From Octopus bimaculoides (lineage: Eukaryota): 64,000 nucleotides of DNA. The stretch is taken from NCBI RefSeq assembly GCF_001194135.2, contig NC_068983.1:80979515-81043514 (forward strand), written 5' to 3'. Below, piece after piece: positions 47,996-61,699 of the stretch; position 1 is the stretch's first letter; every line of letters begins with the position of its first letter. The translations under genes were made by a program, and so were the position numbers. The notes beneath the pieces were generated by a model. It was not told the origin of the DNA and searched no databases. It saw nothing but the letters and a program-made list of their open reading frames with translations.

Positions 47996-48145
47996 AATAA
48001 TGATGCTAATGGTAATAAGTTTTAAAAAATCCCTTCCAATATTAAACAATTAAATTTCAATAGCATCAAACCAAGAAGATGTCCAAATATATTTAACTTT
48101 TTGTGCTTTTTTTCTTTCTTGTTTTTGTGATTTAAATGTGAATTT

Positions 48146-48149
<4 letters not shown>

Positions 48150-48181
<32 letters not shown>
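48150..48181. repeat. Poly(T) tract, 32 nt
   Basis: Directly visible. Confidence 0.95.
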
Positions 48182-48184
<3 letters not shown>

Positions 48185-51100
48185 TAATATACAGTTTGGC
48201 AGCTATGAAACCATATTATGACAAAAAAATATTGAAAATATAATTTCATATATTTACATGTTTTAGTTGGCTAAAACTATTTTGCACATCTATGTAACTG
48301 AAAACTTATAAAAATGAATGGAAATTGATACCTGGAAGCCATGTTTAGCTATTCTCTCATAAATAGTATCTATTAGGAAAGATAAGGAAAAAGTAACAAT
48401 TGGCTATTCTATGCTTTCTTATGTAGTTGGAAAGAAGGTGTCTTTGAGAGGTCATTCTTTAATCTTTCCACAGAGTGAAAAATGAAAATAAATACTGTCA
48501 ATAAATAAGTAAATACATAATTTAAATAAAAATAAAAGTACATTTTTACAAATCAGATTTTCTTTGGTTTTGAACAGAAAATTTTGGTTCTAATCTAATT
48601 ATTTAAAGAATCCAGAAATTAAATTGAAAGAAGCCTATGAAATTCTAAAAACATTACAAGGGAATAGTAAACTTCAACAGAGGAGTATTGTAAATGTTAT
48701 ACCTAATATGTATTGCTTTCTTTGTTTATGGTGGGTGTGTGGATAACTGTAAATTTAATAGTAGTGAAGAATAAATATGAAGTTATTAACTCTAATTTCA
48801 TTTATTTTTTTCCCCAGGTTCTAAAGGACTATTGTGATCATCATACAATTAAATTCTCATACACTTCTTTTTTACAAAAAGGAGTGTATGAAATTTTAGG
48901 TGTATGAGGATCACAAAAATATCTAGGGAAGAAAACCCTAAAATATAGGTTTAACATTACTTACTATTATTATGACCACTACAAAGAAAGCACTTTCCTC
49001 TCTACTTTCTATTCTTTTCCTGGCAATAATTTATTCTTGGATTCTACATTTCCCTTAAATGTTTTTAAATAAACTAGTTTACAGGGAAAATAGGTTTCAA
49101 ATTTCATCAGTTTAGGGAAGGAAAACTTAACGATGATGAACGCTATTTTTATATGTCAGAATAATAATCATGCTTTTATTATTAAGTGAGTGGAAACATC
49201 TGGAAGTTGATTATCTGTACATCTGTAACTCTTGTCCCTATGTAAACCGAAAGTATGATGAAAAATGGTTATGCTTCAATCAGTTTCAAGCTGCAAAGTA
49301 AATATGATAAAATGCAATATAAAAAAAAAAACAGAAACAAGAATATTTTCAAATGTTATTATTATTTGGTTGCCCAATGACATGATGCCAAACTTGAAAG
49401 TGCATTATTTAACTTTAAATTCTGTTAGGTTCAAATCAACTTTCTTTGTACCAAAATTAAACTGGATAAGTTGTTGGACTATATGAAAGTAAAGATATCA
49501 ATATTTAATATCATTTGCAATGTTTCCTACCACAATATTACTTAAGAAAAATCTAATTTAAAATTAAACTTGTGTAAATTAGAGAGAAAAACTGGTTACC
49601 ATCAATTTTTGAAGTCCAAAATTCAATTTCTTACAACCAAAAACATCAATTTTCCCCTTTTTTTAATTTGATACAAATTAACCACATAAATATATTCATT
49701 AGAGCTTCTAATCTACAATGATCTAATTTCTAATAATTATAGAAATCAGTATGTTCAAAAATATCCTTTATTGAAGAATCTATGTTTATAACTGAAATCG
49801 TTTTGTTAAGTATATTTTTTAATTGCTCCACTTTTTGAATTTGATAAAGATCAAGACATCTTATACAAAATATAGATAGAAAAAGAAATAACCAAGTGCC
49901 ACACACTGTCCATGTGTTGCAGCAACACCTTATCATCCTAATCAACTATATACTGCATAATTTGAGCTGAATATTTGAAGCTTTGTGTAATAAGCATGCC
50001 TAATAAATATGCACCAAAACTCTGTTGAGTTTCAGTTGACTTATAAACACAATTCTTACAAAAAAAAAAAAATCAATATATAAAGAAATTAAAAGTGGAG
50101 GACAGACTTGCCAGTGTTTGACATTCTTGCAGTTAGTTTGTTTTATCAAGAAAATGATGTTTATTAAACACTGCCACTTGTAGTGGAGGAGAGTTAATTG
50201 ATAATTTAACTTAAGTAATTTTTCTATTATTTACTTGAAGAACAAATTCAATAACCTGTAGCATTGTTTTTGTTTTTTATCACAAATAACTCCATGGTGA
50301 TGGCTGTCCATAATTCTTACTGTTCAGTGTAATTTATCTGAATCCTCAAATATAGCTGTCTCTTAAGAAAAATAATACAAACAATATCCAGTATAATAAG
50401 ATTTAAATCCAAAACAATTTTCAAAAATTTATGTCAGTAATTATACATTTATTTCATAAGAAATATTTTAGCACAGGACTTGGCAGATTGTTACAGTTTC
50501 TATATATGCACACATCAGTATAACAACCAGATTTTTGTTTTAAAAAAAGGAAGAAAAAAAAAGAAAACATTAAGGATGGTTGCTTCTTTGGTTTTTCTTT
50601 TTTTTCATTTTGCTGCCTCATAGAGAGGAGAGAAATGCTGAGCTTGATTCCCAGCCAGATATAAGATGGGACTTTTTGAATTTTAGATTAGATAAAATAA
50701 TTACCATAAAAGAAATTTACTAGACTTTTAAAATATTTTATTTGTTGGTAGAACTACAATATAACTTAAATGGTTGTGTTGTGTAAAGAGCTTACTATTT
50801 GTCACATTATTCAGGGGTTCATAAAGTTCAGACAACAAAGGATTTTCAAACAGGCGTTTCAGTACTTTGAGATTAAAAGACATTTAGCTATTCCCAAAGA
50901 AAGTAGGAAGGTGGAGGGACAATGAAAAATAGTCAAAAAAGATTGATTGCAAGGAGGGAGAAGAAAGGATGTAAAACTTTGATGAATAAAAACAACATAA
51001 ATTATCCTAGAGGCTCAATCAAATTTACAGCAGTTTAGAATAACTCTGCATCGGCAGAGTGGGATTCAATCTGAATTTTTATAGTTCTTTAAACAGCAGA

Positions 51101-51751
51101 AAATTCGGCAAGTTAATGTTTTAGAAAAGTTATTGTCCCTTTTGAATATATTTACTTGACCTTCCAAAAAGAACTTTAAATTAGAAGACATAGATAAAAT
51201 AAGTCATAATCAGTACTTCTGACCAATTTATCTACTGACCTTATAATCTAGGATCATCTGTATAATGTCTAAAAAGCTTTAGTGCATGTGTTACACCAGA
51301 GAGACTGATCTGTTATGTCAAACGATACAACTAAGGAAACAATAAAATCTTAGTTATTCAGCTTATTTTATTTTTAAACTAATATAAGTAAAGTACATAC
51401 CTTTTGAAAGTTAGTACTAATTAATTATGGTATTTCAAGACTATCCAGAGATTAAGCAAATCACTGTTTGAGAGAGAACCATAATATATATAATACTATG
51501 GATGTGAGGTATTTAGTCCAACTAAGCAGCAATCAAGTTTATTCACTCTCTCTGGTGTTGTTACCATGACAAATATGTATTAGGATAGGTGGCTAAAAGA
51601 CATGTTTTACAGCTATATTTAAAACATTGGTCATACAAATAGGACTGCCACTTGTGAGTATGGTAATGGTGGCTTAATCAAGAACATTGGGCACTAGGTA
51701 GATCCACCTAGAGATCTTGTCCCATATATGGTTTGAATGGAAATTGGCTAA

Positions 51752-51768
51752 GTGTGTGTGTGTGTGTG

Positions 51769-51800
<32 letters not shown>
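51752..51800. repeat. (GT)n microsatellite
   Basis: Directly visible. Confidence 0.98.
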
Positions 51801-51801
<1 letters not shown>

Positions 51802-54800
51802 TGGGTGGGTGTTAGAAAACAAAAGTAGTAAATAATTAAAAAAAATAATGACATTCCAGTAGTCCCAACATAAACATCTAGAGCTCAACAGTTGAAGGTT
51901 GTAGCAAGAATACCTACCAAATGTACACAGATAACTAGTATAAAACAACAATTTGTACACAATAAATATGACAGTAAAACAGTGTGATACAAAGATGTAT
52001 CATTAGATGTACAATGTAGACATTTGTCATGAAAACCAAATGCAGGATAACAACACTGTGATTATGAATAACTTGTTTCGATTGAGTTGTTATACCTGGT
52101 GGTGGTCAGTCGTTGAGCTGTCTGTTAGATTGTGAAATGAAGATGAGAATGATGACAATGATGACGATGATGATGAGAATGATGATGATTATGATGATGA
52201 TGATTATAATGATGGTGGTGGTTACTTACTACTTACTAGCTGCTTAATGTTTAGCCAGCAGCAGCACCTGCAAGACTCTAAACATATTTCATATTACCAA
52301 GTACCATCTTGTACACATAGAAACAGGGTGCTGTGGCAATAATGATGAAGTGAATAACTAACTTACCTAGCATTCAACATTAGAAAGTTTACACTCTCAG
52401 CATACAATGGGGATCAGTGCAATGAAAAAATAAATAAGTAACACACAAACACACAAGCATTTATATCAATTGTTTTCATGTGAGCAGTTTGGTTCATAAA
52501 TGGTCCTTCAGTTTTAGCTTCTATCTGAGTTTACATGAAATTGAATACATATGTGAATGTATATCAACATGATACTCATTTATCCAGGAAAATAAATGTT
52601 TTCTTAAAAATGTGTGTATAGATAGGTATATACAATATGTATGTGCATATGCACAAATACCCACACACACACATTCTTATCTATGCATTAAAATCTTTCA
52701 TGCAAGGGCTTATATTAATAATGTTTATGGTCAGATTTTATAGGTCATTGAACTTGGGCTTATTTCAATGAAGATATAATAATAATTCTAACTAAAAAGA
52801 AGTGAAGTGGCAGTGATAATAGAGTTGTATTTTCATTCTTATATGAAATAATATGGTAATATAATAATTGCTAATGTTTTCATAATTAACAACTGGCCCT
52901 ATATTTTAAAACAAACTGTGAATATAAACTGCTTTGCTTCTCATGCAATTATTAAACTAAATATCTAACATTTAATGTCTATAAGTGGAATTACAACCAT
53001 AAAGGACCTAACTACAAAGTAACCAAAATAAACAATTCTTAAATTTAAAAAAAATGTTAAATTATTCTTAATTTTAACCTTGACCATTATAGAATTTAAT
53101 ACGTAAATCAAAAAGTTTTAAAACTATAGTGGTAAATTTAGTTGTCTTTGTAGAGTTTTAAACTGATAATTAATGTTTTAAGAGTTTAAGAAAAGTAAAC
53201 CAAATACAATATTTAGTCAATTTGTGATGAGCAATAACCACCTGAGTGAGTAATGGTTATTGTTACTATTGTTGATACAAAAGACCTGATATGTCTTGTA
53301 AATCAAAATATTTGCTACAAAGCATATGAGATATCTACCAGAAATTTGGCAGACTTTATTTACAAGAGGTGGATATCAATAATGATGGAATGAAAACTGA
53401 GTGAATGAAGACAATATTACTATATTCTATCATGAGTATAGAATATTTAGGAACTCTTTTAATTAAGACACTAAGTAATTAATAAACATACAATTTGTAT
53501 GGTAATTTTTATTGGGCTTTTAAATCATTATTATAAAGATATGAAAAGTATTTACATTATGTTAAGAGTAAAATGTTACCATAACATTTAAATACAATAA
53601 AAAATGAAATAGTGAATAACACACAAAAAGAAATTAGATTTATGAAAAACAGAGCAGCTTCCATTTTAGGCTTAACATTCTAGGTTTAACATAGAAAAAC
53701 TTCTTAGATATCTCTAAATTAATAAAAAAATTTAAGTAGATGACACAAGCATAAGTTAAATAATATTACATTGACAACAACTGAAAAGTATTGAGTATTA
53801 TCCTCACACTGAATCACAAAATTCTGCATCCATCATTATTCTGCCAAATGTAAATTTGTATCCTTTGTAAAATGTGAATATTCTAATGCATGAAAGTAAT
53901 TTATTTTATTCAAAATTCTAGTTAATTTATTAATATCTAAATCAGATTTAAACTCTGAAATAGTACAAATAAGCTTGAAATTAATTTGAATTCTTATTAG
54001 TATGGACTCACACTAACTCAGAATGCAAAACTAATCAATTTTAATTGTAATGGTTTTAAAGCAATATTTTCATATCATACTAATTAATTTTATAATAGTC
54101 TAATACAAACAAAAAGTAAGCTGTAAATATGTTTATTGTATAATCTAAATTAAAACCTGTGTTAAAAGTAAAAAGACATTTTTGGAAAAGTGAATATCAC
54201 TTTAAAAAATCTGAACTGGTCCCAGGCAATCTCAAAATTAGCATCACATTTTACATTTCAGCTTACTTGCAAATATTTTAATAATTATTTTCTAAAACCA
54301 AAATATGCTTTGATGTGAATCATTTCTATAATTGCATCAGATTTAGATCATCTTTTTTTGTGGTTTGTAGTTTCTTGAAAGCAACAAACTTATCCATTTC
54401 CTTATACTAATAAATTATTATTGAAATGATTTTAATGTTTTAGAACCAGGCTTTGTGCCTAGAGTAGAAAGAATATTATTTTAGAACTAGTTTTAGTTTC
54501 ATTTTGTTTGTTCAAAGATATGAATGAAATATTCTCTGTGTAGATGTGGAAAATAAAACTAAAATGAATGTTTTCTCATTCCTATCAAAATACTATAAAA
54601 TCCAATGAAAAATGCTGGAAACAGTATTTGGCTTGGTTACTTTATAAAATCTGACCAACAACTTATCAACGCCTCATTTAATAAATACTGCAAATTAAAA
54701 AAAATATCAATCAAATTCTTAATTTTCTTTGGAAAATTTTATCTTTCCCATATTCAAAATTGGAAGAGGTGAAAAAAAAAAATGATAGCTTCAAATTTTT

Positions 54801-56246
54801 CTCAGATAAAATATTGGTGATTTCAGGACCAGAACATTCTCTCCATTGTCTGCTCCTCTCCTAAAGGCATGAAAGGTTTAATGAATGATAAGCTTTATCA
54901 AACCTGAACCACCTTTTAAAGTAAATATCTTAAGTCTCTAGTGTGAGAATAATAATTTCAGATAGATATTTTCTGCTTATATTTCTTGACCTTTTTGTTC
55001 AAGATTTCAAATTATAAACAATTGATGAAACAAGCATCAAAAATTTATATTGGAAAATTAAGTGTCTGAAACAAAACTGATTTTCAAAACAAAAATTTAA
55101 TCTCTAAGTTAAATTTTAAAGGATGAAAATTTAAAAACCACCTTTAATTTATAAAAAGAAGAAATGAAAATTAGTTTTAAATGCAATATCAGGTTTGTTT
55201 CATATGTTTACGCTTATTATTTTTACCTCTGCAGGGAGAGATAATTTTTGTGAATGATATAATGAACAGGTTTGAAAAGTGAACCATCTTAAGAATCTTG
55301 GAAATAAAGAAAGTGTATTGAAGAGGTAACAGCTAGATATGATAAGTGATGTTCCAACCAGACACCATTTCAACTACTAGCTGAAACCCTTCTTGTTTGT
55401 GGAAATATGTATGAAAGACCATACATATAGTATTTCACTAAAATAGTACATGAAACTCAAGTATGGAATATCTATTAGTGTTCAATTAGAGAGACATACA
55501 CTCACACATACATACAATATATTCTAAATGACACACTGAATTGGGCTGTGATATGTTGGAAATCAGGCGGTGTTGTTAAAAAATATAAATAACTAAAAGA
55601 TGACCTGTAACAAAACAACACTAAAACAAAAACAAAATAAAGAAAAAAACAGTCATCACAGAAGAATAAATATTAAACATTGTGAATGCAGGATTATTCA
55701 TCATCTCCTCTTGTCATACATGTGCTGCTGGGATAAACTTCTGGCTTGTTTGCAATATCTTTTCTTTTTCTGGCATTGTATTTATAATTCTTTTTGTAAA
55801 ACTTTTTAAATGAAAGACCGGCGCCATTTCTCCATTATAATATAGAAAATCCTATAAGGATTTTGATGTGAACAGTAGTAGTAGTGGTGAATTGATAGTA
55901 TTAATAATAATTGTAAATATATTAAAGGGGTTTTGGCCAGCAAGTTTTTAAATTTCAGATAAATATCCCCAAACTTCTTTCTCATATAACAATTGATCTT
56001 TTAAGTTTATAATTCTCAAAAACCTTTTTGTTGTTACACCATTATTTTCTTTTTACAATCAAACTCATCATCATGTTTAAGTATTTTTGATATTATATAT
56101 ATATACATACATACATATATATAATAGTTTTAAAGTAATTCAAAATGTTTCTTGTTTTTTTTTCCATTTTTGTTCATATTTTTCCAATGACAAGGCCTTG
56201 GCAGTCCTCACAGAATTTCACAGAAATTTCTAAGAGCCTTTTTGAA

Positions 56247-57197
56247 TCATGTTAGTCTTGAACCTCCACCGGAACAGGTTGGTGTAAATGATGGCATCTG
56301 TTGAGATGCATAGTTTTTTATATGTTGTAAACTGAGCAGGCTATTAGCAAGCATACTGTCTCTTGAAGACATACCCACATTCAAATTCCTTTCTGGAGGG
56401 TCAGATTTACGAAATCCTAAGGGATCATAAGGAAAATAACGTGGAGAAGTCATTGATGAAATATGGGGCAAAGGGGAATTTAAACTATTGGCTCCTAAAC
56501 TTGAGCCATATGGGTATGTGGAAGCTGTCGTGCTGCTGGGTACAGGACTGCCAAATTGGTGGGGAATCGGCATGAAGGCTGAAGAAACTTTCCCACAAGA
56601 ACCTGTAGAGTTATCAGGCTGTCGATCTGATCTTCCATATTCTTCACTGGAATGGTCTGGCTCTTGCTTGATAACAGGACGAGGAGAAATTTTATTGGAG
56701 CTGTCCTGTGAATGTTTGGCCATATGTCTTGTTAAATAAGTCTCTTGAGTATAGGATTTTCCACATATACGACATATGTGTGTTTTTAAATGTTTTGTGT
56801 CCGAATGTTTCGGGATATGCTCCCGCAGACTTGCCTCGTCAGCGTAACATTTATAGCAGGAATTGCAGCGGTATGGCTTGTCAGTCATGTGAGAGCGTGA
56901 GTGTGACTGCAGGTTGGAGAGCTGTGAGAATGCCTTGCCACATCCCGGGTGTAAGCATTTATATGGCTTCTCCCCAGTGTGGGTGCGGATATGTTGTTGC
57001 AGATGGGACAGCTGAGTGAACTTACGCTCACAGATCTCACAGCGGTATGGCTTGATGCCTGAGTGGATACGCGCATGCTGAGACAAATATGATGAGTTGG
57101 CAAAGCACTTCAAACATGTGGGACACTTGTACGGCTTCGGATCCTGCTTGTGTATTTGTTGGCAGTGGATCAGCATGTCCGATTTGGTTGTAAACAC
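56247..57197 (-). CDS. rn: Terminal coding exon of a rotund/squeeze/lin-29 (ZNF384/ZNF362 family) C2H2 zinc-finger transcription factor
   Basis: Open 316 codons: second half of one finger (VFTTKSDMLIHCQQIH) and five complete fingers with family-diagnostic strings FANSSYLSQH, FTQLSHLQQHIRTH, HPGCGKAFSQLSNLQSH, CNSCYKC, GKSYTQETYL; begins at a splice acceptor (GTG is Val, not a start); stop TGA at 56249-56247. The symbol denotes the orthology group; exact naming needs phylogeny. Confidence 0.94.
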   Translation of the reverse strand: MFTTKSDMLIHCQQIHKQDPKPYKCPTCLKCFANSSYLSQHARIHSGIKPYRCEICERKFTQLSHLQQHIRTHTGEKPYKCLHPGCGKAFSQLSNLQSHSRSHMTDKPYRCNSCYKCYADEASLREHIPKHSDTKHLKTHICRICGKSYTQETYLTRHMAKHSQDSSNKISPRPVIKQEPDHSSEEYGRSDRQPDNSTGSCGKVSSAFMPIPHQFGSPVPSSTTASTYPYGSSLGANSLNSPLPHISSMTSPRYFPYDPLGFRKSDPPERNLNVGMSSRDSMLANSLLSLQHIKNYASQQMPSFTPTCSGGGSRLT

Positions 57198-57234
57198 CTA
57201 AGTGAGACAAAAAAATAAAATTCACCTGTTAGTG
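57198..57234 (-). promoter_or_regulatory. 3' splice site with branch point
   Basis: Minus strand CACTAAC (57234-57228), then TTTTATTTTTTTGTCTCACTTAG|GTG; phase 0 with the zinc-finger frame. Confidence 0.85.
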
Positions 57235-60200
57235 ACATTCTTATTTTTACACGGAAGAATAATTAAACCAAGAAAAAGCTGCTGGCATTTGAATGATATA
57301 TATATATAAAAAAAGAGTGAAAACAAAAAAAAAAAAGTTGGGTGCCTTTGCTGGAGGCAGAGGAAACAGAAAAGAAGGTTGACATTACCAATTTGATTGG
57401 TTGGATTTTGAAAGTGTGACCTTTTCTGGTGTTTTCAGAACATATGTGTAATTCCGTTGGACAAAGCTGCCTTTTGTAAATACCCTGTTCCATTGATGCC
57501 ATACAAATGATTGTACCCAAAATGTGGCAAGGCATTCCCACAGTTTTCTAGCCTGCAGTTACCCTCACACTTTCTCAACAGTAGACAACTTATAGAACCA
57601 TACTTTGAAGCTGCAATAATTGCTGCAATGCTATGTTGACATGATTCATAATCAAGGAAGGATGAAAATGTTTTCCATACAAGTAAATTTTGTATAATCC
57701 AGTTTGACACTTTGGGATTAGATTAGAATTTTGCTTCTATTTTTCACATAGTTCCCTAATGTCATGATTGATTCTCAGTTTTTGTATGGAAATTGATTGA
57801 TGTTTTGATGATGCCTACAGGCTGAGATTTAATATATGTAATTCTTAATTTGGAAATGGTGCCAGTTGAATAATTTCCTTGATTTATTTAATTTTATATA
57901 CACATACATATATATATGTAAATATGCATACACACACATATACATACATGCATATACATACATATATACATATATGTATACATATATATATAAGCTGAGT
58001 GGAAAAAATCTATGATTAAAAAACATATTTCATAATTATAAACAATAACGTAAATACAGAGCTGAAATTAATAAAAAGTACCAATAAAAGTTACTTAAAC
58101 AATAACAATATGACTTGCTGAAAACTGAGAATTTAATTATTTAGATACAAGTAACAGAGCTGAAAACTCCAGAAGTTTTAAAAATTTTATTGATGAGTAG
58201 AAACTAGCCATATGAAGTTATCTTCAAATATCACAAACAGAATATTAAATCTAAAAAATTATTCATGCAATCTCTTCCAGTAACTTAAACATGAAAAATA
58301 GATTTACAAACAATACTGTTAACATTTTCATTTACATTTTCCACAAAAAGACAGCTTACCTTCTTTACTGATAAACAGTTTAATGGCATTTTTTTTACTC
58401 ATTGAAAACTTATCTTGTGTTTTAATATGTAAAATAAGACTTTTAATCAATTGCTGTAAAGTGTATGTATGTACACACACACCATAGGTAGGCTATGTTT
58501 TAAACAGCAGCAGTCCAATAAGCTTTTAAAGCTCTAAAGAAAAGTTGCAATTTCAGATAAATTAGTAGAGGAGACTTTTTTCCAAATAATGTCTGACAAA
58601 GATGTAACAACAGTTTTTCACATTTGGCACTTCTAGCTGAGATGTATGTATCTGTAATACTTTATACAAGTTAGTATGGGTATTGTTTAGTACTTTAGTA
58701 AGCAGTGAAACACATCTGTGTTAATAATTACTGCTTAAATGTAAACATCCACCCAACTCAAGCCATCATGGCAAAATAGACTAAGTTACTACAAATGGTG
58801 TATTATATGCAGAGTAAAATGTGCATCTTTTTTCCAAAAAGAATAGTCTGAAAAATTTCCCTTACACACCCAGAACAAAACTAATTATTTGATTATCAAA
58901 GCATAAATTAATGCTGATGTGTAATTGATTGGAGATTATTTTCAACCTAATTGCTGATATAATATGCTTTCCCAAAGTAGCATAGATTGGGAGAATTCAT
59001 AACAGCTACTTTCTAATAATTTTCATATAAAGGTAGTTATCTTTAAACTTTCTTTTGTCTCCTTTAGTCAACTATATTGTTTTATGTTAGATCCTGGAAT
59101 CTCTTCATTACATTTGCATGTTGTCTCCATATTATCAGAAACTTTGTTCATAAAAAAAAACATTCTGAGTAGGAGATCTCATCTAAGATGCAAATGAATC
59201 AGTTAATGTAAGAAATGGAAAGTTAATATGAATTAAGTTCTCATAAGATGCAATGGTGGTAAATGAAAGCATGTAGAAAGGGACTATATTGAAAACTCCT
59301 CCAATCCATACAAGAGACTGAGACAATAATGTAGTTGAATATTTTCCAAGGAAGTGCTAAATGTAAATTATTAGGAAGTTCATGTTTAATCGAAAATAGA
59401 ATTTATTTTACTTGAGAAATTCAGTGAAAAAAAGTACCAAAGTTTCTACTCATCTTGCTTAGTTTCATTTTGATCAACATAAGATGATTTTGAATGAAAT
59501 CAACTAGTTTGCTGATGAATATATTTCTCTGTTGCCTTACTACTGGTATTTAATCAAATATCATTTAGTTTGGAGAGCATAGCCATTGAAGTTGAATCAT
59601 TTTGTTACCCATAAGCTATATTCTAAAATAGATTTTATAGGAAACTAAAGAAATTAGAAAAAAAACCCTGAAATTTTACAAATAAGTATTCTTCAGAAGA
59701 AGTGAAAGAAGCAATTTTACTCTTATAATTTTTAGTGATTACACTGAATAAAGGGTGAGAACATCTAAGAAATATAAGTGGCATTTCAATAAAATATTAA
59801 TTACAAAATACAATGGTTAACATTTGAGAATATAAACAGTCACCGCATATTTATTCATAAAAAATTGCTTGGAGATGTCAGTAAGACTTAAATGGCAAAT
59901 ATTTTATTAAGTTGCACAATTTAGAAAGCCAAAACAATTGTTGAGGAATTTGTAGTTAACATGTAATAACAACTAGCTAACATGATCTACAGTGTTACCT
60001 TCACAGTGTAATTTCTTTAAGCAATTTAATTATTGAATTAAATAAATAAAATATTTAATTCATTCTTTACATAATGATGAAAACTATACAGTTATCTAAT
60101 AAAATTATTACAAATTATTTCCCCCAAATAATTTCATATACAAGATCTCCAACTTTTTCTTTTTTTCTTCTATGAATCCACCTGTTTTAACTTGATCAAA

Positions 60201-61699
60201 ATGCATAGCCTCAAACATTGAACACAAAACTATAAAACATTTTCAAAGTAAAGTAAAATTATACTTTTTCTGCTCAGATTGAAAGTAAAATATGTGATGG
60301 TTAAGAAAATTTGCTAAACGTTTACTTGCTATTGTTTCTAATATTTTACAACTAACCTTGAAAAGGAAAAAAATAAATAAAAAGGGGGTAGTGCTTAATA
60401 AATAATTATTTTTGGCATTAAAAGAATATGTCTTAAATATTTTTCAACAGTCTGAATCAACATACATAAAGTAATCTTTTCTTAGGATAGCTTTATCACA
60501 AATGGAAAGTAAAAAGAAAAGAAAAAAACATTTATGGAAGTGTTTTTAAACTATTATAACAATCATTATTCCACTGATAAGAGTATGCAAGTATAGTGAA
60601 TGCAAATATAATCAGTTATAGAGCGAAAATTATTTTTGAAGAATCTCACTTCTAGGAAAGAAAACTTGACAAGAATGATGATTAATGAAGCTTATCAAAA
60701 ACGGTTACGAATAAACATAATTTCTTTTCCGTAAAATGCTGGGTAATAAAAACAGAAACTTTTAAAATTCAAGTTTCTTATGAATTCAAAAATATAAAAT
60801 GGGATTAAAATGGGTCAGTGTTAAACCCTATCTAGTAGATGAGCAATTAAGGGTCAGAAAATGAATAAGTTGACCTAAGATGAGAAAAAGAGAAGTTGAT
60901 GTATTTAGTGTTTGATTGATGATCTAAAGATCAGATGGCTTCAAGCAGTGAAGTAATTTGATAACAACTTTAACTTCTACTGGAAGCTTCCATCAAAATT
61001 TGACAGCAATATCCATATATAAGGGATATATTACAGCAATTCTTTAGTATTTATTTGGTTATAGAAAGACAAAATATTACTCTTGATATTTTGACTTTAA
61101 AATAGACTCATAGACTCATTATCTAAATATTTTTATTGAAAGGAAAAAGGATTTGATAATGACTTAACATAAAAAATTTTTTAAATAACTAAATGAAATT
61201 TATATAGTTATTATTCAGCATGGATTTTAATTATTAAAACTTAATTTGGAGGTGTTGGGTTTTAAGCTTAAAAGATTGGATAGTACGTAGTAACATGTGT
61301 GATAAGTGTGTGTATTTTATCTATCTGCATATTTGAAAAAAAAATTCATATCCAAATGAAAAAAGCATAACCCAAAACTCATGGAAGATGTTCTTATATG
61401 AGAATGGATGATTATGAATAAGCATTGAAGGATAATGTTGTGCATGTTATGTTTAAGAAGATAACTAATGAGTGCTACACAAGAACAGTGAGTATATTAG
61501 AAAGATGCAATGAACAAAATCTAAAGAACTAAGTCTATTATGACATAATATGAGGGTTTAGTAATTAGGTGAATTAGCTTTTCTGAATGCTTTCTATGTC
61601 AGTATTTAAGCAATACTATCCTAGATATGAATATAATGAAGAGCTCTTCATTCAGGCAAGAGGGGAATCAATAAAATTTGATAGGGAAACTAGATGTTT

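Noticed and set aside
48818-48907. Plus-strand acceptor followed by about 29 open codons
   Set aside because: No homology recognised and no good donor.
55655-56205. miR-34 7mer-A1 (56199-56205) and miR-2/K-box (55655-55661) seed matches in the putative 3' UTR; let-7 match near 51505
   Set aside because: 7-mers are expected by chance, and UTR extent and conservation are unknown.
56363-57225. Overlapping ORFs on the plus strand and in alternative minus frames
   Set aside because: Shadow frames of the GC-richer zinc-finger exon, with no recognisable domains.
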